A DNA stretch of 48,872 nucleotides from contig JWZX01003070.1 of NCBI GenBank assembly GCA_001275005.1, positions 1 through 48,872 on the forward strand, written 5' to 3'. Numbering within the stretch: position 1 is the first letter of the stretch; each line of letters begins with the position of its first letter. The notes beneath the pieces are model-generated. The model made no database searches, had not been told where the DNA came from, and saw only the letters and a program-made list of their open reading frames with translations. Below are positions 31,494-42,393 of the stretch, piece by piece. The DNA is from Chrysochromulina tobinii. Its lineage: Eukaryota. Position numbers and translations under genes: made by a program.

Positions 31494-31937
31494 TCAAAGT
31501 TTCTGTGGCTCAGCAAATGCCTCATAAGCAGCCTCAGCCTCATTGCCCTCGCCAGCTTGAGCGTAACGCGCCGTGTTGCCACGAAAATGGACCAACATGG
31601 CAAAGGCCGAGAGTACGGCCACGAAGGCGGCGAGACCCCAAAGAGGCAGGCCCCAGCTGCTGCCCACCTCCACGCCGGTGCCCTCGTTTGGATACTCGCA
31701 AACATGGACGTGTCGACCATGCGTGCACTGGAGGGCCGTCGTGACTGTTGTAGTCGCCCACGAGGGTGCATTTCCTTTTTCCTTTCCTGGAACCCGAGGG
31801 GCTGTGAACAGCATCTCGCCAGTCAAGTGTGCGTTCGTGGGCGTGGCCGCCAGGTCGGGCATCGCAAGTATCTGCTTCGGTTGCGAGGTCGACGACGGCG
31901 ATGGTGACGGCGACGGGCGCGGGCGAGGGCGAGGCGA

Positions 31938-31972
<35 letters not shown>

Positions 31973-31980
31973 AGGGCGAG

Positions 31981-32011
<31 letters not shown>

Positions 32012-34292
32012 TCGCGGGCGAGGGCGAGGGCGAGGGCGAGGGCGCGGGCGCGGGCGAGGGCGAGGGCGAAGGCGAAGGCGCGGGCGAGGGCGAGGGCGAG
32101 GGCGAGGGCGAGGGAGGCGGGAGCGACGGCGAGGGCGAGGGCCTCCAGCGGTAGGTGTGGATGGCATGGCCGGGGACGGAGTGCACAACGGCATGGTCAC
32201 TTGTGGCATCCTTGATGGTGATGTCCATGGCGTCGTCATTCGTGTTCATGACCACCATCGCCACCTCGCCGTCATCAGGGTGTTCGAATGCAACTGCGTC
32301 AAAGTGCGGCAGCTTCTGAAGGGGAGGCGCGAGGCAGTTGCCGTCGTCCGCACTCTTAACGGTCACGTCGCCCTCGCCGCTGATCACAAACGTCTGATTC
32401 TTCGTGCCGGCCGGATAGCACGGGAACGCCTGTGCCCCAGTCACCTGCAGGCCAGCATCGAGGCCCACTGTCCAGCCGGCGGTCTTCACGGCGGTCAAAC
32501 ACTTGCCTATCGCAGGGTTGACAATCTGAGATCCACCGTCTACAGCTTTGACTTCCCATGCCTGGTTGCCCGTGGCACCGTGCAGCGCGTCCGGGTTGGA
32601 TTCCTGCTTGCACGTCCAGAGCTGGATCTTAGGGAACCAGCATTCGCCCGAGATGCAAATCTCGACGCACTCGCCGCCCATGCCGTATCCATCTGAGCCC
32701 GGCGCCTCATTCGTGCCCGCTGCGACGATGAACGTGCCCGAGTCCCTATGCGTCAGGCGGAACAGCTGCACGGCGCTGTCCTTCTCGCACGGCATGAAGA
32801 CGAGTCCGGCGCCGTTCTTGATGTCGGCCGACTTGATCGGAGGGAGCTCCGTCTCCACTAGGTTCGTCAGCTTGACGGCGCGCATGCCTGGCCGCAGGTA
32901 GCGGCTGAACTGGCCCATATAGTAGAAGCTCGCCTGCTTAATAAAGTTGGTGCCGAAGCCCGTCGTGTTCTGCGGGTCGGCGATGATATTGGCGTCGCAC
33001 AGGTTCTTGAGGTGGTTGGGGCCGCCCTGCGGACTGACGATCAGATTCCAGTCGATCCAGCCGGTTGCCCAGTGCTTCAGGTCTTCGATCATGTCGAGCG
33101 CGAGCAGCTCAGCACGTGTCCACCATGCCGCCAGGCTCGGCGTCCGCAAGACCACGTTGCCGATGCAATTGCATGCCTCCGTGGCCAAGATTTCCTTTTC
33201 GGGCGCAATGGCATGCGCCGCGTCGAGGTTGGCGCCGTTGAGCCCGCCGTACCAATGGACGGCCACGCCGCGCATGTACTTTTTGGCGGCCTCGTCCGCG
33301 TACAGTCCCTGCGTCCATCCCACCACATGGTCCTTGTTATGATCGAAGCCGAAGATGCCCACCGACGGGTGGTCTGCCTCGAGCACAGGCCCAAGGTGGT
33401 CGCGCACAAAGGTCGCCATAAACTCGGGTGTCCATAGCATCGCCTCCCAATTGGGCGCCGCCTCGGGCTCGTTCTGCACCGTCACAGCCCAGATGTCGAT
33501 GCCGTGGCTCTTGTACGCCGTGATCCACTTCGAAAAGTACTTGGCCCACGGCCGCTGCATCTCTGGCAGCAGGCCGTTGGGACGGGCAGACCTGACTTGC
33601 GACTGGTTCTTGGCATCCCACCACACAGGAACGGGCACTTTCATCCACGCCGGCGGACTCCACGGAGAGGCGAGTAGCTTGAGCTCGGCCCCGCGTGCCT
33701 TCACCTTCTGCTGAGCCGCGGCCATGAATGGGATCATGCTGTTATCCACATCGTGCTGCACGGTGTTGTCAAAGTGCACGAGGTCCACCTGTGCAGCAGT
33801 AGGCAAGAGGGCTCACGTCAGAGCAGCGCGCGGCGAGCGGCTCCGTGGCAGCGGATTCGCAGTGCGTGGACGTGGCATGCGTACGTCGCCCTCGACGTCG
33901 TCAAACGTGTAGGATTCGACCGAGAAGTCGCATGAGTTGATGGGCACTCGCCCCAGCGTGTAGCCGAGACCTCCCTCAGCCGGCGATGCAAAGTACAGGC
34001 GAATGATCTCAGCCTGGTCCTCCGACGAGAGCGACTTCCAGTTCAGTGCCGCAGCCTCGGTGAAGGCGCCACCAAACCCCGCGAGCGTCTGATACTTCTC
34101 CGTGCGGTCAATGACCAGGGCCGGCGGCTGGTTGGAACCTGAGGCGTGCATGGTCAGCGGCGGCTGATCCTCGAGCAGGATGAGTGTTCCATCATTCTTG
34201 CGCATCGTCTGCGTCCATTCCACTGTAATCGACGCCGTCTGTCCCATCGCCATGAGCAGCAAACCGAAGCGCGGCGACATCGTCGGGGTCAT
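31494..34292 (-). CDS. GH30 glucosylceramidase-like glycoside hydrolase with signal peptide, ricin-B-like insertion, Ser/Ala-Pro stalk and C-terminal TM; exons 34292-33885 and 33788-31494
   Basis: GFGGAFTEAAA, RVPINSCDFS, ASPWSPPAWMK, acid/base TVQNEP, nucleophile ATEAC, GWIDWNL, GGPNH, FYYMGQFSRY. The GT-AG intron 33789-33884 contains an in-frame stop. Confidence 0.93.
31905..32142 (-). repeat. (GAGGGC)n/(GCGGGC)n hexamer array encoding (SP)n/(AP)n/(RP)n
   Basis: Directly visible. Confidence 0.95.
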
Positions 34293-34320
34293 TTCGCGAG
34301 ATGCGTTTTCGGCGCGATGC

Positions 34321-34371
34321 CCGTACCGGTACGGTACATTACCGGTACAGTACAGTACCGTACCGGTACGC
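34321..34371. promoter_or_regulatory. Cluster of 8 GTAC motifs about 30-80 bp upstream of the GH30 start codon; candidate promoter element
   Basis: CCGTACCGGTACGGTACATTACCGGTACAGTACAGTACCGTACCGGTACG. Function is inferred from position only. Confidence 0.45.
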
Positions 34372-34449
34372 GAGATCCAATCACACAGGATGTGTGCCGA
34401 AACACGGTATACAGGACTTCGTTGGGCAGGGCGCTAGTTCATAACCCCG

Positions 34450-36111
34450 TCAACCCCACAGCCCGACGCTCATCTCCGTGACGAGGTCTGCCGTGCGTGG
34501 CCGACTCGCGTTGCCACCTCCCGCCGCGACTTCCATCCTCGCGCAACAGCCCATGTGCTCAATGGGGGGCGCGCCCCACGGCGTGGTCGCCGCCGTCCAT
34601 CCCCATCCCGTCTGGCAGTCGACGCATGTAAATACTCCAACGGACGGGCGCGAGCTCACGTGCCGGAAGGCTCGCGCGCTGAGATGGGCAGTGATCGCGT
34701 CCTTGATCTTGTGCACGACGACGACACTCTCGTCGGGCAGCGTGTGCTCGTCGCGCAGCGTCACCCAGAAGCGGTTGTGTACCCACTTGATCAGGGGGAA
34801 GTAGAGGAGCGGTAGCCGGTGAAGCGCTGCCGTGGAGGCCACAAGGTAGCCCGTCCCCACATCCTCTTCGAGGAAACCAACCCGGAGCGGCACACCATTC
34901 ACCCCGCGTGGGGGGCGGGCGACGCCCTGCTTGGTGCATAGCCCGGCGACCACACGCGCCACGCGCTGCGCCGGCACGCTCCCCATGACGGCCGCCGCGA
35001 GCGCCGCACTGAGCACGTGCAAGCTACCGTCGGCGTATGGAAAGGGGCCTGCACCGCATGCGCTCGCCTCTCGCTGGAGTGCGGTGGGTGGTGCGAACGG
35101 CGGACCGGATTCGTCAAAGGTGCCGCAGCCGCCGTAGCCCGACGGATGCCAGAGCCGCCAGCGCATCGGGCCGTAGTAGGCATAGGGCGGCGCGTCGGGG
35201 CGGTCGCATGCGAGGGCCGCCGTCGCACCCGCCGCCAGCAGATCAGTCCGCAGACGCGGCAGGTTGATGAGCGAGTCGTCATCTGACTTGCCATACCATG
35301 CGTAGCCCGGATGGGTCACGAGCGCACTTTCGTACCAAGCGAGCGTCTTGTGGAAGATGTAAGGTGTCATGCAGTCGGACGTACCGTTGAGCACGTACAT
35401 GTCCTCCGGATGCCGCCGCTGCTCGAGCTCGAAAAAGGTGCGCTCGCCGCTATTGAGTGGGCAGCCAACGCCAAAGACGAACTGGATGTGCATGCCGCGC
35501 GCTCGGCCCAACGCGCGCGTGTGGTGCCGGATCCATGCACGACGGTCAAAGTTCGCCGGGACGCTCAGGACGCCGACTAGCAAAATGCGGTCCTCGTCGA
35601 CCCGGGACCCTTGCGGTGCCGCGTGTGCCGTTTGCCCAGCGGCGCCGGCGGAGCTCTGCAGGTTGCAGCGCGACGGGCCTGCCAATGTAACCGCTCGTGA
35701 TGATGATAAGTCCGATAAGCCCGATGCGTCCACGTCGGTGCGAGCAGAGGACCTCCTGGCCGCTCTGCGCCGGTCTCGAGAGCGAGCGAGCGGCAAGGAT
35801 GCATTCGACACTGGTCCGCTCCGGAAGCCCGGCACAGCGTGTGAAAGACAGCACGGCCCATGATACCAGCTGCAATCATGAAATTTCGTGCTCACCGAGA
35901 TGTAGTTGCAGCGTGCACACGCCAAGCAGAGGGCCATGCACGATGTAACCGCGGTCTGCCACGTTTCCGCGTCACGCGAAGGCATCCGCAAGTTGCCCTT
36001 GAAACCGTATGTGCAATCGCCGCGATCGTCATCGACCGTCTCGCCGCACTGACCGTGCGAGGCCGCATCAAGCCACTGGCGGGCCGTAGCAAAACGCTGC
36101 TCGTCGGCCAT
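34450..36111 (-). CDS. GT31 beta-1,3-galactosyltransferase-like protein with an N-terminal Cys-rich PAN/apple-like module
   Basis: LLVGVLS...RRAWIR, FVFG, KSDDDS, PFPYADGSLHVLS, EEDVGTG; N-terminal CMALCLACARCNYISVS...DCSWY. Confidence 0.82.
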   Translation of the reverse strand: MADEQRFATARQWLDAASHGQCGETVDDDRGDCTYGFKGNLRMPSRDAETWQTAVTSCMALCLACARCNYISVSTKFHDCSWYHGPCCLSHAVPGFRSGPVSNASLPLARSRDRRRAARRSSARTDVDASGLSDLSSSRAVTLAGPSRCNLQSSAGAAGQTAHAAPQGSRVDEDRILLVGVLSVPANFDRRAWIRHHTRALGRARGMHIQFVFGVGCPLNSGERTFFELEQRRHPEDMYVLNGTSDCMTPYIFHKTLAWYESALVTHPGYAWYGKSDDDSLINLPRLRTDLLAAGATAALACDRPDAPPYAYYGPMRWRLWHPSGYGGCGTFDESGPPFAPPTALQREASACGAGPFPYADGSLHVLSAALAAAVMGSVPAQRVARVVAGLCTKQGVARPPRGVNGVPLRVGFLEEDVGTGYLVASTAALHRLPLLYFPLIKWVHNRFWVTLRDEHTLPDESVVVVHKIKDAITAHLSARAFRHVSSRPSVGVFTCVDCQTGWGWTAATTPWGAPPIEHMGCCARMEVAAGGGNASRPRTADLVTEMSVGLWG

Positions 36112-36333
36112 ACAGCGACGCCTGAAGGCAGCGCTGCTGCAGTGCGCGCTGGGAGAGAATAGGCCTCGTGGACCTCAGGGGCCCGCCGCGTGCGGACCAC
36201 CACCAGCACACAGGTGTGAAGGTGTGTTAGGTCCTTTTTGGAACACATGCCGCCCAACACAGCGGCAATATGTATCCAACGATTTGTTCTCCACATATTA
36301 TACTAGACCAACAGTATATTTACGGGAGGAATT

Positions 36334-37596
36334 CTATCGGGATCCCATGCGGGAGGCGCGCACGATTTTCAGCCATCGCACGCGCGTTCCGTTTCCGCGC
36401 TTCGTACCGGTACGCTTCATCGTCGCCTCGCTCGGCGGTTCAAACTCATCGCGTTGAGATGAGTCTGAGAGCGGCTCCACCTCGGACGTGACCGAGGCCG
36501 TGGCCTTCGCCTCGCCGTGTACCGCCCCATGAGCGACTACGGCGCATCCCGCGAAGATGACAAGGCTGCCGAGGATAGCGAGGCCGTTCGTGGGTTGATC
36601 CAGGACGAAGATGCCAAATATGGAGGCGAAGACGATCTCTGCGTTGGCAAGGATGGCTGCGGTGGACGCTCGCAGATGCTGCACACTTGTGATAAAGGCG
36701 AGCTGTGCGGCGGTGATCGTGGCGCAATAGGCCAGCAGAAGTGCCCAGGCCGGCGCTCCATTCGGCCAGTCTAGTTGCGCCCAATGCGGTGGCTGATCGA
36801 GCCCGACAGTGCATGCAGCGATCGTGAGGGAGAGAAGACCGAGAGCCCACATCCCCGCCGAGTTGACGATCGCCGCCTTGACCCCGTGCTGCGCGAGGTA
36901 GCGACACCCAAGATTATAGTGTCCTCCGAAAAGCCCGCAGCAGAAGCAAAGGAAGACGCCGAAAGGGTCGCAAGGCTTGCGACCCTCTTGAGCGGCGAAG
37001 AGCCATGAGGGCTGTGAGATGATGATGACGCCACCGATGGTGATGGCTGCGCCGACGACCTCGGCGAGCGTGACGTACTCCGATTTGCCCAGGAGGCGCG
37101 AGAACATCATCGTCGAAAGGGTTAAGAAGCCGATGGCTATGCCGAAAGCATCTCCAAAGTCTACGTAGCTGTCCAATGCAATCATCAGGCAGAAGAGCGA
37201 CACGCCATTGAGCGAGCCGCTTATCACTGCTGCCACGCGTAGCCTGGGGCGGATCCGAAAGCACATGACCGACATGAATTCGTGGCCTTGCGCTTTTGCA
37301 ATGAGCCCGTTTAGTGTCCAAGCAAGGATGCCTCTTCCTAAGATCATCGTGGCCTGGGAGACACCGGCCATCATTATCTTCTTTGCAATCGTATTCGCAC
37401 ACGTGAAGAGCAAGGCACCGGCTACAACAAGAACCGAGCCGACGACGGAGGAAGGAATAATTCGATCACTGCGTAGTGGTTGCCCTTCCCGAGAACTGAC
37501 GTGCCCTTCACGAGAGGCAACATAGTCGCTGCACGAGCGCCGACGGTCGCCATAATGCATGTGCAGATCTATGTCGGCGAGATTTCTGCTCAACAT
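36334..37596 (-). CDS. EamA/DMT-superfamily transporter (SLC35G-like)
   Basis: About 10 hydrophobic helices in two repeats; GVIIISQPSWLF, AEIVFASIFGIFVLDQP and ILGSLVI motifs. Confidence 0.85.
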   Translation of the reverse strand: MLSRNLADIDLHMHYGDRRRSCSDYVASREGHVSSREGQPLRSDRIIPSSVVGSVLVVAGALLFTCANTIAKKIMMAGVSQATMILGRGILAWTLNGLIAKAQGHEFMSVMCFRIRPRLRVAAVISGSLNGVSLFCLMIALDSYVDFGDAFGIAIGFLTLSTMMFSRLLGKSEYVTLAEVVGAAITIGGVIIISQPSWLFAAQEGRKPCDPFGVFLCFCCGLFGGHYNLGCRYLAQHGVKAAIVNSAGMWALGLLSLTIAACTVGLDQPPHWAQLDWPNGAPAWALLLAYCATITAAQLAFITSVQHLRASTAAILANAEIVFASIFGIFVLDQPTNGLAILGSLVIFAGCAVVAHGAVHGEAKATASVTSEVEPLSDSSQRDEFEPPSEATMKRTGTKRGNGTRVRWLKIVRASRMGSR

Positions 37597-37779
37597 CTTG
37601 CACAAACGACGGAGGACTGATGATGGGGCACGAGGCGTCTCGGAAGCGTCGAGGAATGGCGAACGTTCGCGACTTCTTCCTGTGAATTATAACCAATGGC
37701 TGTGAATGTTCGAATTATCTCGAATTGGTGTACCCGAGGGTGTACCGGCACCCGGGGTGTTTTTGAACCGCTCACACAG

Positions 37780-38480
37780 TGCACACTGCTACGAGCTCAA
37801 ATGCTACACCCCCTTCCACGTCTCCCCCGCCATCGGCCTCGGCTCGACGGACAAGGGCGGCGCCGCCTCCACGGCGGACGGCGGACGCTTCGCCATGGGC
37901 AACACCGAGGAAGCCCTCATCGTCGCCAACCTCGGCGTACCAGAGCGGGGCGCGAAGGCTGATGGCCCTTGGCGCCGCGTCACAGGCACAGGCTGGGTCC
38001 GTGAGACACGCGACCACGACTACGCCGACGCCCAGCGCCGCGGTCACCCGGTGACCCTCCTGGTTACCGAGACCACGGGCGCGCTCTCCCCCACCTTCGA
38101 CCGCGCGCTGCGAGCGCTTGGTAAACACGCGCGCGCGCCGACCACCCATGATTCCACCCGGTATGGCATCTCGCGGTCCTCCCCCCACACCTTCCTTGCT
38201 CACCATCGCGCGGCCATCTCGGCAGCCGTCGTTCTCGCGGACGCAACTACCATACTCCTCGCCGCTCCCGCCATGAGCTTCAAGCTCACCCTGGGCATGT
38301 CGCCCTTCTAAACCGCCCCCGCGCGGTACCCGCCTTGGTGTGAATGTGTGTGTGTGAATGTGAATGTGTGTCTGTGTGACTTCTTACACACACAGGGGAC
38401 CACAGGTCGAACAAGACCGACCCACAAAGGGGATACATGTAGTTCAGCGTCCCACAACATTTGGGGGGTTTCTGGACACT
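37780..38480 (+). mobile_element. 5'-truncated non-LTR retrotransposon fragment (CRE/R2-like restriction-like endonuclease C-terminus, ORF ends 38311) with a GT-rich 3' tail; boundaries approximate
   Basis: YELKCYTPF...HDYADAQRRGHPVTLLVTETTGALSP resembles the C-terminal RLE motif (Y...hhxETxG). No ATG-led N-terminus or RT domain. (TG)n-rich tail after the stop. Confidence 0.55.
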
Positions 38481-38615
38481 CTTCGCGACGCTCTGTTGTC
38501 TCTATCTGCAACATCTCCTCGGGAACCCCTGGAGGGCAGCGAGGGGCTCAAAAAGGGCACGTCCCCTTCAACTGCATCCTGCGCCAACCCTCCCTCGCGT
38601 GCCTCGGGTGGCACG

Positions 38616-41600
38616 ATGCATGACACGATGGCAAAGTATTCGGCCGTTCAGGCGGGAGGCGGGTTCTATGACAAAGGCAACGGCATCGCGCATGATGGCG
38701 CGGGCGGTGCTCTCGTGACGGGCTTCTTCAGCGGCAACGCATCGTTCGGCTCGATGTCGCTCACCAGCCGAGGAAGTGTCGACGCTTTCGTGATGCACGT
38801 GACGTCGTCGGGCGCCATCGACTGGGCCGTCCAGGCGGGCGGCGCGTCCTATGACAAAGGCACCGGCATCGCGCACGATGGCGCGGGCGGTGCTCTCGTG
38901 ACGGGCTCCTTCAGCGGCAAGGCATCGTTCGGCTCGATGTCGCTCACGAGCCGAGGAAGTGCCGACGCGTTCGTGATGCACGTGACGTCGTCGGGCGCCA
39001 TCGACTGGGCCGTCCAGGCGGGCGGCGCGACCGATGACGAAGGCACCGGCATCGCGCACGATGGCACGGGCGGTGCTCTCGTGACGGGCTTCTTCAGCGG
39101 CAAGGCATCGTTCGGCTCGATGTCGCTCACCAGCCATGGAAGTGCCGACGCTTTCGTGATGCACGTGACGTCGTCGGGCGCCATCGACTGGGCCGTCCAG
39201 GCGGGCGGCGCGTCCTATGACAAAGGCACCGGCATCGCGCATGATGGCGCGGGCGGTGCTCTCGTGACGGGCTCCTTCATCGGCAACGCGTCGTTCGGCT
39301 CGATGTCGCTCACCAGCCGAGGAAGTGTCGACGCTTTCGTGATGCACGTGACGTCGTCGGGCGCCATCGACTGGGCCGTCCAGGCGGGCGGCGCGTCCAA
39401 TGACAAAGGCAACGGCATCGCGCACGATGGCGCGGGCGGTGCTCTCGTGACGGGCTTCTTCAGCGACGAGGCATCGTTCGGCTCGATGTCGCTCACGAGC
39501 CAAGGATTTGTCGACGCTTTCGTGATGCACGTGACGTCGTCGGGCGCCATCGACTGGGCCGTCCAGGCGGGCGGCGCGTCCTATGACAAAGGCAACGCCA
39601 TCGCGCATGATGGCGCGGGCGGTGCTCTCGTGACGGGCTTGTTCAGCGGCAAGGCATCGTTCGGCTCGATGTCGCTCACCAGCCGAGGAGGTGACGACGC
39701 TTTCGTGATGCACGTGACGTCGTCGGGCGCCATCGACTGGGCCGTCCAGGCGGGCGGCGCGTTCGATGACGAAGGCACCGGCATCGCGCACGATGGCGCG
39801 GGCGGTGCTCTCGTGACGGGCTTCTTCATCGGCAACGCATCATTCGGGTCGAAGACACTCACAACAAGCCAGACTGCAGCAACCACCTGCTTTGTTGCTT
39901 TGCTAATGATGCCAGTGGTGCCTGGTGGTTGCAATGGCGATTCGTGTGATGGTCCGCCTCCAGATTTACCACCGCTGCCGGGCGGAGCGCCATCACCTGC
40001 ATCGCCATTCCACCAACCAGCTGCAGTTGTGGTCCCCGAGCAACCCGCAGTTGCGATGCACGCCTTCGCCCTCGCAGCGAGTCTCGCACTTCTGGGACTG
40101 TTGGCGTGGGCCTATCGTCGCCATCACCGCCGCATGTCCGACATGTTTAGAAACTCGCGCGACCGCGCCCAGCTCGACCTCCAGCTGCTCGAACACCGCT
40201 TCAAACAGCAGACTCATCCGCAATGGGAGGACTCGCGTTGGGCCTTGCCTGATCACCCTCCATGCCCTCCATCCGAGTCGTCGCCATACTCAATCCCGCC
40301 CGGCCCACCCTCCGCTGGTGGCAGCGATCGACGTGGCAGCGATGGCGGCGGTGCTGGAAGCGATGCTGGGAGCTCAAGGGGTGGAAGAAAAAGACACGGC
40401 GATGGCGGGAGCTCGACGGCGGGCTCAGATGTGGCCTTGGGTGCAGGCGCGACTTCGCAGGCCCGCACAGGCGCGACCTCGCGGCCCCGCGATGCCTTCA
40501 GCATGATCTACGAAGAGACCATCGATGCCGTCTTCAAGGCGGACTCTAGGGCAGCCGGGCTGGCCAAGCTGCGCCCTTATCTCGACGCGAACATGTCCAA
40601 GGCGAGCGCCGACGCCTTTCAGGAGTGCTGCGGGAAACTCTTCGTGCTCTCGCGCGTGCACACCTCCATGGAGCCAGAGGTCTCGTTCGCCAAGGTGCAA
40701 GAGATCATCGATGCCCTCAGCCGCGAGTGCTCCATGGCTAGTCACACCGCGGCGCCGCTCGTCGCTGGGCTCAAGCGCTTCGTCGAACAACGGATCCTTC
40801 CGAATGGCGCGCTCGATCGTATCACCGAGCAAGGCTTCAGGCTGCCCGCTGACGAGGTCGGGGCGCTTCTCGACCGGTACCGTTGGCCGCACGACGCCAA
40901 GCGTACGCAGGTGATGTGCATCTTGCGTAAGATCTTGGAAGCGGTCGCGGAGATACGTACCACATCTGATGCTGCAGTGAGGGGCAGCGAGAGCATCCAG
41001 GAGGCTAGGCTGATCTTGAATCACTCGCACGAACGTCTGATCCGGACCGTGGAGAGCGTGCTCGACGAGCATGCGAAGCGTGCGGACCCGACGCTCGTAC
41101 TGGGCCATACTCTCTTTGTCGCGGTGTCGCGCGTCGCACAGGCGCAAGAGCAGGAGAACGTCCGCCGCCTGCAGAGTAGGAGCTGGCCACCCTTGCACTC
41201 TAGAGTCCAGACGGTGTTTGCAGAAGCAGAGGCGAGGGCAAGAGCGGCGGTGAAGGCGGAGGCAAAGGCGAAGGCGAAGGTGGCAGAGGAAGTGGCGATG
41301 GCGACGGCAAAGGCTGCGGCTGCGGCGGCGGCGGAGGCGGAGATGGAGACTGCCAAGAAGGCGGCCAAGGAGGCGGCGGAAGAGGCGAACAGGGAGCGCT
41401 TAGAGCGCATCAAAGCGCACGAACAGGTACCACGGATCTGCCCCCCTTGCTTGCCTCACTCGAATCCTCACCTCAAGCCCACACACTCTCACTCCCACTC
41501 CATGCGCAGGCCGAGGCGGCGGCGGCAAAGGAGGCGGAGATGGAGCGCAAGGCAAGGGCGGAGCACTCGCGTATGCAGCGTGCTAAGGCGCCCGAACATC

Positions 41601-41722
41601 CTATCTGTGCTCCCGGCGGAAAAGCCTGCGCCGAAGACGTCGAGCTCGTATCGGCTAACTCGTGTTATGCTAGCATCCCCAACGCGGGCACACCGCCAAC
41701 TGTGATTTGTGTGAGTCCGTGA
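38616..41722 (+). CDS. Single-pass membrane protein: SBBP-like beta-propeller repeats, Pro-rich stalk, TM, cytoplasmic helical/coiled-coil region; exons 38616-41426 and 41510-41722; 5' end possibly incomplete
   Basis: 61-aa repeats WAVQAGG..D.G.GIAHDGAGGALVTG.F...DAFV; TM AFALAASLALLGLLAWAY followed by RRHHRR; GT-AG intron 41427-41509 joins HEQ|AEAAAAKE. Confidence 0.78.
38642..39852 (+). repeat. 183-bp coding tandem repeat, about 6.6 near-identical copies
   Basis: GCCGT(C/T)CAGGCGGG anchor recurs every 183 bp. Confidence 0.95.
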
Positions 41723-42393
41723 GTCGGTTCGGTTATGCACAGGTTGGTACTCGGGACCACGGACCAAGCTGGGGTCTTGCCATTGTGTGAAATGTGTGTG
41801 TGTCTAGGTGGCTCTCCAGGCTCCCCCCAGTTTCACTTCAGGCTGCGGCCAATGGCAACCCTTTCGTTGGCATTCCGAGAGCGCGATACCACCAAATACC
41901 AGAACGACTTCTAAAACCTGTAACTCTCCCCGGGTCTTCCTCATTGCGGCTCACACTTCTTAGGGATATTTAAGATGCCCTGAGGAATTCATGGTTTTTG
42001 GCACGATCGTCCCAAACAATTGAGGTTACAGCGCAGAGGAACCACGAGGCGGTGAGGCATCATGGCTTTGCCGGGCGGACGTGATGATGATTACCCGGTC
42101 CCGCGAGGCAAAACTGCTTTCGCCTCGATCATCTTTCCGGACCATAGGGGCCCGGCACAGGCGTACGCCATGCGTGGCATGCGCCACTGTCACCCCCGTC
42201 TCCTGCGAAGATGTGGTTTCCCCCCCGCCCCATCGTGCGGATTTGTGGAATTTGTCGACCCCTAATGCGGAGGGGACCCAGTCTCCCTTTTCGCTTGGCT
42301 TTGTTGACCCCCAATGCGGCATGTTTGCCACGCCAGGTTTTCCGCCGCACCATGCGATGTCGGACCGAAGCTCGAGATCGAGACGGCTGATGC

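Noticed and set aside
38642..39852. Regular repeats considered as a CRISPR-like array (also 3973-4024 and 26875-27068)
   Set aside because: No unique spacers and no cas genes; the units are in-frame coding repeats or a simple satellite.
41952..42100. Loose resemblance to U3 snoRNA (ACACTTCTTAGGGATATTT, AACCACGAGG, GTGATGA)
   Set aside because: The box A UCUAUAG, box B and a properly placed box D are missing, and the spacing is off. An Rfam cmsearch would settle it.
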